Shown here piece by piece: positions 56,099 through 64,000 of a stretch of DNA of 64,000 nt. This DNA comes from a virus: IMG/VR virus record IMGVR_UViG_3300028629_000007; one strand, 5' to 3'. Every line of letters starts with the position of its first letter. Position 1 is the first letter of the stretch. The notes under the pieces are model-generated. The model was not told where the DNA came from. It did not search any database and saw only the letters and a program-made list of their open reading frames with translations. The translations under genes were made by a program, and so were the position numbers.

Positions 56099-57230
56099 AA
56101 GGTTTATTATGAGTCATACTCGCGGTTTGTCAAGTGTTGTGTATGCTGTCCCCATAACTTCCAGATATTTCTTAATAAAACTTTATAGTATTTTGGAGTA
56201 ACTCTTATATCTTTGCTCATCTGAATCCCCAATCTTGCAGACCCAAACGCATTACAATCATTTTCCCTAAACCCAACACTTCTAAACACATATGTTCTGT
56301 GACTAAACCACTTCTCCTGAAATACTTTCATACATCACTGCCTGTGTAGAGTAAATACATCAATTCCCTTCCAACACGTTTATAACTATCTAGAACATCT
56401 CTTTTTTTATTCATAGACAGTAGAAAGAAGTCTTCTTTACCAATAACTAGTCTAAGTGGAATTCTGTCGGTAATAGACATACATGACTTGTATTTCCCCG
56501 ATACATGCCACCACTCAAACCAATAGTCATCGTCAATTGCCTTTTCCCCAGAATACGGAACAGTGTAGTTTTTACGATACTTCAGAGCCATTAGTCATCA
56601 TCTCCCATCATACCTCGACCACATTCTTTCCAGATACGACGAAGCTCTATTTTTGGGTTGATGCCTGTTGCTGATAGAAACCCACCATTTCTTGTTTTTA
56701 CATTACATATGTAGATTACTCGTATAACTTTTCTCCCATTCGGAAAAATATACCGAAACTCCAGGGATCTGAAACTACCAAACTTAGATACTTTCATTGT
56801 CTTCCCCATTCCACAAATTATATTCTCTGTATAAATTCTTATAATTTTGTTTTAAGCTTCTTTTTGGGTTGTGATGGCTAAAAAACAAAGGAAAAGATAC
56901 GCCTGTATTTATGTTATTTACATAACAACAATGCAATGTCTCATGGAGCAGTCTAGCAAATACCCTTCTAAAATAAACTCTATAAGTCCTACCACTATTG
57001 TCAAATGGACCTTTACGGACGCCTGTAATATACTTGCTATACTTCATCATATTCCCATGGTATATTCTTCCAGTATCTACGAAGACGCTTTTTGCAACTC
57101 ATGCTGGTCATTCCATTACAGAAATATTTTGGTTTTTGTGTTGATACACTATCTTTTGGACCAACCATCTTGTTCCTATACTCTATTCTCCATACTCCAT
57201 GAAAAAATCTCGTGTATATTTTATTAGTCT

Positions 57231-57527
57231 TCATGCTTTAGCCTTTGGGTCGTGCTTAGGATGAAGTATCGTAACAATCATCTTCGTAGTCTCTGAATAC
57301 ACGCAGTTGAACCAGATGTCTTTATAGGATACATGAATGTGGTGCTTACCATAACCCAATGGCTTCTGGTAGTCTCTTGCCCAGCTATTACCTTGACATA
57401 TCACGCTCATGGCTTTCAAGTCTTCGTTTGATAGCTCAATACCATATCTCTCAAGTGAACGTGAAGCGGCATGAGGTTGCTTGACAACCTCGCTGTAGCC
57501 ATATATCTCTATGCCTTCTTCACTCAT
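57231..57527 (-). CDS. Hypothetical protein within the family C array (different family)
   Basis: HAASRSLERYG..VYSETTKMIVTILHP. Confidence 0.75.
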   Translation of the reverse strand: MSEEGIEIYGYSEVVKQPHAASRSLERYGIELSNEDLKAMSVICQGNSWARDYQKPLGYGKHHIHVSYKDIWFNCVYSETTKMIVTILHPKHDPKAKA

Positions 57528-60500
57528 AATACTTCCTATTCCAGTTTACGCCTTTCCAACGAGAACGCAAGATGCGTTTTACCTTGAATGGTGTGAGAGC
57601 AAAAAATCCTCTTACAATGTATCTTGCCTTACATATTGTGACGAATGTTTCTCTGGCGTCAATATAATACATTTGCTTATGTCTACCACAATCTTCATGA
57701 ACACGAAACCTATGTATCTTTTCATACTTCATCGTAAACCCACTCTATGTCTTTCCACTTCTGACGCAATATCCATTTTATTTTTTGTGTTTTTGTATGT
57801 GGACGAAATTTTCTTTTCCTATGTAATCCTTGAATCGTCAGTGCGTGGTCATCGAAGAATGTATCACGAAAGACGATAAAGATACCGACTGCTTCCATGT
57901 CATTCATGATTATTTTATTAGTCTTCATGGCTCTTCTCCATTCCAGTTACATGACCCATCATTGAAATCTAGTCTGTACATATCTTTCCAGTAGCTATAA
58001 GTATCTCTCTTGCGATTAAATGGTTTGTATTTGAAGTGATAAACAGCACTAAAAGATTCTATTTGCTCGTATTCCCATTTGATGGACATGCTTCTACCGT
58101 AAGTGAATACATTACGCATCTCAAAAGTAACCATCATGTTTTCTGAATCGTTGGTCTTCTTGAACTTCATTCTTCTCCCGTTCCCCATCGTCTATATCTT
58201 ATGAACGTCTTTTTCCACATATTCTTCAACAGACGCTTTCTTTGCTGGACGGGTGGAGTACTGAGGTTGAAGGTTCCAAAAGCTGCCCAGCCAATGTGCC
58301 AGTTACGACTGCCAGTAAAAACCTTACGAAAATACATTTCATGCACCTTGAATTTATATTTTTTCATTCTTCACCACCATTCCACCACATGTATGACAAA
58401 TTATAAGCAGATGAAGGATGTGTGAAGAATTTCTTCCATTTATTCTTCATGTGTCTTTTTCTGTTTGCATCATATCTCATCATAAACCGCTGAAACGGGA
58501 TAGACGGACCCCATTCAAACCATATATTATTTGGGAACATCATACCGAAGTTTCTACACTTACTACGACTGGCTGTAATAGGCATGAAGATCTTACGGTA
58601 GAATATACGATTCCTATCTAATGCTTTACATATCTTCATTCGTCACACCCCCAGCAGTTCAGACTCTTCCATTCATTCACTAAGTCTCTTTTTATGTTTA
58701 AATGTGAATAAAACTTACGATTCCCAAAAGTATAATATAACTGGGAACTGATACTTATCTGATTAGCACCCGAGACATCATAATACGATGAATAATAACC
58801 TATGAAAGCAAATCGACTAATATAGAATCCCTTTCTTGTCTTCCATGGTTTCTTCATATATTCTTCTCGCTTTCGTCCCATTTGAACATAATATGCCTAC
58901 CATACACCTTCCACTTAATACGACACATCTTCTGTGGGCAATGGACTCTTTCATAATCATACTTACCATTTTTATATATAGTCAAAATCTCAAATGTTTG
59001 AATGCGCTTAATGCTCTTCAGTCCAAGAAACCCCACAATAACAACATAGTATATGTCTCGACTACCATCAAGGAAACTCCTATGCTTCTTGTATAGCTTA
59101 TAACCCATAATGTTATGATACTTCTATTGTGTTATAAGTCAAATTGTTAGTCGTACATACCTTCTATCATCCTCCTGCCTTCTGTCTTATATGCTCTAAT
59201 GGCACATCGTCGCATCTTTATGGCGTGATGTGACCATTTATGCATTGACCATGTATTATAGGGAACCAAATAGAAAGAACTACGCGAATGGTGGTCTAAT
59301 GACTTACAATAGTACACAATGATATGTGGAGCATCTTCCACATTGCCCTTACGAACACGTATCTTACTCATCTAGGTCGTTCCATGTTTTTCTCCAGTAT
59401 CCCTTATAGCAGCACATGTAATTTTTCCTTACTTGAGACATACCAAACATAGATTCACCATTACCATAGGACCAAGAAAGATTGAACATCCCCAAATTCC
59501 TAAAATGATACACCAGACCATTAGCCAAGTATCTCTTATTACATTCACATCGACGCATAATCTTCTCCGAATACTTCATACGATAGACATCTCCAGCCAC
59601 ATTTATAGACTTTCAAGGCTCTTTTACGAAACCTCAAGTAACCATACTCAAACTCAGCATATGATACACGATTACCTGTTTCCCCAACAAACTCTTTATT
59701 ATCTTTATTCCACTTGACAGACCATCCATGGCTGATGATATGTGGAATCGCCTTTGAGGACCATAGCAACTCCTTGGCTTTATATACTTTCAGCTTACTC
59801 ATGATAGTCCCATTTCATGAGCTTGTAGCATAGAATACAATTCTTTTTTTCTTTTCTTATTCGGTTGAAGTCCCAATCAAGAAAGCCAACCTCTCGTCCA
59901 AGAATGTATCTCGGGCGGTCACATTCCAAGTTATTATACTTGTCACCCCATCTCCATGGACTGACCTTATGGATCTTCATTCATCACCCCTTACCCAATC
60001 ATTATACTCTCTTCTTTCACTATAGCAACTCTTCCAGTCATCTATAATTCTTCTCTTCGTGTTCATGATTCGCTTTCCCAGCATGTTACGAAAGCGTATA
60101 GGAACAAATTGTGTACCGCATTTGGTTCGATGGCAACCACGGAACATTCCCCGATACTCTACATAGTATCCCCAGCCCTGAGAAGGTTTGTTATACTTCA
60201 TCGACACCACCCCAAGAACTTACCCTGTTAGCAAACATACTCTTCCAGTCATCTCTTAGGTTTCTTTTCATATTTATTGGAATGTCTCTCATATAGAGGC
60301 TTTCTCTACAAACTTGAACTTCCCACACTTCTTTGAATTGAAAGACGCTTCGACTACAGAACATGTCAACGCCATGCTCTTTGTTTTTCTTATACTTCAT
60401 CTTCACCCCTCCACTTGCACAGATGGTCCCTATATATCAACTTCCATTCTCTTTTCAAGCGTCTCTTGGGATTGACAAATCCCCTGGCTCGTCTAAACAG

Positions 60501-62577
60501 AGAAGGTATGGTTATAACATACAGACTGCTATCGCAACCATATATAACGGGCTTAGAACGGAATACCCTTCTTCCCGTGTAACATACCTTGATTCTATCA
60601 TACCTAATAGGTTTCTTATTATACTTCACTCTTCACCCCTTCCCCAATCCCATTCAGGGCAGTTAGAAGGAACTCCAGTAGCGCGATACATGTTCTTCCA
60701 ATCGTCCCATATATGTCGCTTGCGGTTACAGCATATACCACTACCACTCCAGCCACACCATTGCGAGTCGTTGAACACGAAGCAGTCACGGTATTTCACT
60801 ATGTAGAGGTCGTGGGGGTCTTTACGGAGCTTCATAAGCAACCCCATTCATCTATATTACTTCTAAAGGTATTCTTCCAGTCATTCACACATGCTCTTTT
60901 TATGTTACATGTTCGTATACTACGATCATGACAAAGGCTTTCATCAAAGACACCTATCCAGATGCTCTTATCATCTATATAAGATGATGCGTCCTTAATA
61001 CCATCAAACACATCACGGAATATTATCCGAGCATCGTGTGATTTACGATACTTCATATCTCAACCCCATTCCAACCAGGATCATCAAGACCACTGCTTCT
61101 ATATTCACCTTTCCAGTTATTATATAGCTGGCGTTTCATATTCCTACCACGAACAAAAGAAGTACCTATTTCTGCATTCCCATAAGAAAACGCACATCTC
61201 ATCAGCATCACGGTTCGCATGCCAAACAGAGTGTCAGTTTTTATCTTACGATACTTCATATCTCAACCCCATTCCAAGAGGCATATATCTTATATTGTCG
61301 CTTCCAAGCCTCGCGAACTACTCTCTTAGTGTTACCATTCCTGTCATAGAAGTTTCTACCATCATAGAATATCCCGATCCAACTGGTCATGGGATCGTTC
61401 TTGGCAAATACTCTACGAGCCTCAATACGATCAGCATGCATCCATGTATCAGCTACTTTATTATACTTCATTCGGCACTCCAATGATACGATACCCCCAA
61501 TAAAGCTTATTATAGCAACGAAAGCATATCTTCCATTGTTCCAGCATCATTCGCTTTCGGTTTGTGAATTCAATGGGACTTATGCTCGGTTCAACATAGT
61601 ATACAGAAAGCTCATCGTTCCTTCCCAGAAGAAAGACACTCCTATGGGCTAAACAATAGCGACTCTTACGTAGCTTCATTCTTCCTCTCCATCCCAGTCA
61701 ACTTGATAGTCGTCAAACGGAAGATTCATATACTCATACTTCCAGTTGTCCAAAAGATACCGTTTGACATTCTTTCCCTTTGTATGAGCCTCGTGAACTA
61801 TCGCAATACCGTCATTGCGGGTAAAGATGCTACGATGCACCAAATGAGTGCGTATACCCCAGCCCGTCCTCTGTTTTTGTTTATTATACTTCATGTGGAA
61901 TCCCAATAACCATACCTTCACCACCCCTACGGAAGTGTAGATACTGGTTCTTCCACTGGTTAGCCAAGTCTCGTTTTACATTATCCATGCTGAACGGTGA
62001 TATGATGTCAGGTAGGACAACTATAGCTACAGTATTCGTCTCATTCATGATAAAGGCACTACGAAACCGTACACATCCCCCACTCTTATGAAGCTTCATG
62101 GCACCCGCCCCATCCGTCATACCCAAGTCGCTGAAATTCCTGTTTCCAGTTATCGACCACAGCCCGTTTTCTGTTATCATTATGAAAGTGATCGACAAGA
62201 TACCCAGCCCAACATCGACATCGCATATTGGAAGAGCGAGTAGTCCCATCAAATATCTCCCGATACACGATTATATCACACCAGCGGTCACGGGATTTCT
62301 TATACTTCATCGGCGCTACTCCGAATCCACGGGCGATACTCCTTCTCAACATCTCTACGCATATAATCAAACCTATATTGTTGCTTCCACGCATCAACCA
62401 TGTTTCTTTTAGGGTTTGGTGGTCTAACATTCATAGAGAAGTCAATCAATCGACACCCCCACATACCTAAAATAACATGCCCGTTACAAAAGCAGTCACG
62501 CAGATGATAGCAGTTGATGGTAAAGGCATGGTTGCTCTTAGGGGCTTTACGAAGCTTCATAGGTATCCATGCGGTCT

Positions 62578-62605
62578 ATACTATCAGGTTCCCTATGAGA
62601 GTCAA
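62578..62605 (-). promoter_or_regulatory. Early promoter heading the family C array (TTGACT-N16-TAGTAT)
   Basis: Consensus match. Confidence 0.7.
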
Positions 62606-62689
62606 CCGCTAAAGCCAAGAGTTGCTTATAAGGGACTAGAGAGGGACTTATGGGTTACTGAGGGGCTACCGCTGGGCGAGCAGCAAAGA

Positions 62690-63075
62690 AACTTATAGGA
62701 ACTATGAGGAACTATGAGGAACTATGAGGAACTTGGGAGAGCAACTTATGGGAACTTGGGAGAGCAACTTATGGGAACTTCAAGCAACTTGCAGCTACTT
62801 CAAAGAGGCTATATATGCTTATTTATCAACTTATAGCAACTTCAAGCAACTTGACCCTACTCAGTGATACTTATATACTTAGATTTTTGCAACGGGACAC
62901 AACCCAAAAAGTTTTCCACAGGGTCTATATTGCCGCCAAAAGTCGCCGTCCAGTTTCTCAACAGGTTCTTACAAGTTACTCATAAGCCGCCTATAAGACC
63001 CTATAAAGAAACTTTGCCGCCTTTCCGCTCCTTGTCCAGAAACTCAACAGGTTCTTACGAGTTACTCATAAGTCC
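62690..63075. repeat. Non-coding oriented repeat cluster at the strand switch
   Basis: GAACTATGAG x3, 23-nt GGAACTTGGGAGAGCAACTTATG x2, many GCAACTT, 30-nt repeat 62957-62986 / 63043-63072. Confidence 0.85.
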
Positions 63076-63238
63076 CATGTCAAAGTGGCTCAAAAGTATC
63101 ATTTTTCGGGAAGCCATAAATCGTTTTTTGGTAGTACTTTATAAAAATAACACAACAGATATTATCGGGCATTTTTTGTCTGATAAAAATACACGCATAA
63201 ATATCTATAAGTGATATAATATACTTAGGAGGTAGGAT

Positions 63239-63898
63239 ATGTGGTGGGAAAAGCACGAGGGGTTACATCTGAATAACAAATACGGAATACATCCAAGCGA
63301 TTATAAATGTTATGAAGATTATAGAAGAGCCTCTAAAAATGCTTCTGATAGAGAAAGCATGAAACGGAGATATGCGGCTAATCCAGAGAAGTTTAGAAAG
63401 AAGCAAACTGCTTATAATGAAAGAAACAAAGACGCTATAAAGCAACGACGAATAGATGCTTGGGGTGACTTGGATAATATCGGAAGTGGTAGTAAGTGTG
63501 AAAGATATACTTATAAGCTTCTCCGAGAATACTTCCCGGGAGCAAAAATAGAGAGACAATACTATATTAGATTAGACGCTAATGAGAAACTTGTAAGTGG
63601 AAGAAAGCGTATCTTCGTTGATTTTTATATCCCATCATTACGACTTATGGTAGAATACAATGGTAAGCAACATTATGGCGAAAGCAAGAAATACTTTGAT
63701 AGGTTCAGTGAGTCTATAGTAGGTTACTTAGATACCATGCCCACCCGTGACAAGTTTCTTGAGGATTGGTGTAAGTCAAATGATATATCTCTTATAGTAG
63801 TCGATGGGAGAGTGGCAAGTCGCCCACATCAGATCAAAGATTACTTATATCCGTTACTGGAAAGTCGCTTGCAAGCCGCTCAGAAGATGCTAAAATAA
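63239..63898 (+). CDS. Vsr/DUF559-like PD-(D/E)XK homing endonuclease
   Basis: IERQY..VDFYIPSLRLMVEYNGKQHY..RDKF..WC..I.LI; AGGAGG RBS; CATAAATA at 63196-63203. Confidence 0.85.
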   Translation: MWWEKHEGLHLNNKYGIHPSDYKCYEDYRRASKNASDRESMKRRYAANPEKFRKKQTAYNERNKDAIKQRRIDAWGDLDNIGSGSKCERYTYKLLREYFPGAKIERQYYIRLDANEKLVSGRKRIFVDFYIPSLRLMVEYNGKQHYGESKKYFDRFSESIVGYLDTMPTRDKFLEDWCKSNDISLIVVDGRVASRPHQIKDYLYPLLESRLQAAQKMLK

Positions 63899-63902
63899 AG
63901 AA

Positions 63903-63923
63903 GCGGGAGTGTTGTCCTCCCGC
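63903..63923 (+). terminator. Stem-loop just after the endonuclease gene
   Basis: GCGGGAG-N7-CTCCCGC, no U-tract. Confidence 0.5.
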
Positions 63924-64000
63924 TCCGAAGCTTCTATGAAGCAACTCAATCGCCGCCGGAAGTCGCCGCCGAGTTACTTGGTTTCTTCCTTCGCCGCCGG

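Larger units (their letters stand above)
54499..62560 (-). repeat. Tandem array of about 30 small basic family C paralogues (e.g. 54499-54828, 54825-55070, 55107-55334, 55707-55919, 56107-56331, 56328-56591, 56591-56809, 56784-57050, 57037-57234, 57520-57732, 57722-57928, 57925-58188, 58167-58367, 58364-58639, 58636-58881, 58854-59108, 59147-59371, 59364-59600, 59545-59802, 59795-59980, 59977-60210, 60191-60406, 60390-60629, 60626-60847, 60832-61056, 61053-61259, 61256-61483, 61461-61679, 61676-61924, 61884-62099, 62086-62310, 62300-62560)
   Basis: 60-110 aa ORFs with MK(Y/L)xK..R..F..KR....WK..W.G(E/D)E pattern and overlapping stop/start junctions. Confidence 0.9.

Noticed and set aside
54499-62560. 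Diversity-generating retroelement or integron behind the arrays
   Set aside because: No reverse transcriptase, TR/VR pair, integrase or attC-like hairpins in this window
62698-62780. CRISPR array
   Set aside because: Repeats are 10-23 nt and abut each other with no unique spacers; no cas genes
1-64000. tRNA/rRNA genes and stop-codon reassignment
   Set aside because: No T-loop GGTTCGA motif in a cloverleaf context seen by eye; long genes are intact under code 11. A tRNAscan run would be decisive

Overview
This is a 64 kb accessory region of a large T4-like (probably jumbo) dsDNA phage, read in genetic code 11. Almost all genes lie on the minus strand, driven by sigma70-type early promoters (TTGACT-N15-17-TAnnaT) and T4 gp55-type late promoters (nATAAATA). 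Mobile elements are an IS200/IS605 tnpB element (2561-3851), a 403-bp tnpB-less relative with the same ends (55359-55761) whose empty site restores an interrupted gene, and three free-standing homing endonucleases. One endonuclease has inserted into a denV-like gene and supplied it with a new 5' end. A restriction-modification-like cassette (nuclease plus Walker A, rest of the helicase, N6-adenine methylase) has its helicase split across two separately promoted genes and sits between diverged direct repeats. Other recognisable products: a second DNA methylase, macrodomain, EXD2-like HNH, TROVE/Ro60, two HAD phosphatases, a HipA/PI3-4K-like kinase, patatin, a nucleotidyltransferase, N-formylglutamate amidohydrolase, BRCT and PspC proteins. 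Three paralogue expansions dominate: about 19 genes sharing an N-terminal YxKxLExENxxLR coiled-coil leader on unrelated bodies, 7 tandem DLHPR-RY genes, and about 35 small basic Trp/Arg-rich genes with conserved overlapping junctions. The right end is a repeat-rich non-coding strand-switch region (possible origin or terminus). No tRNA, rRNA or CRISPR array was seen. All family assignments come from motif recognition by eye; no database search was run.
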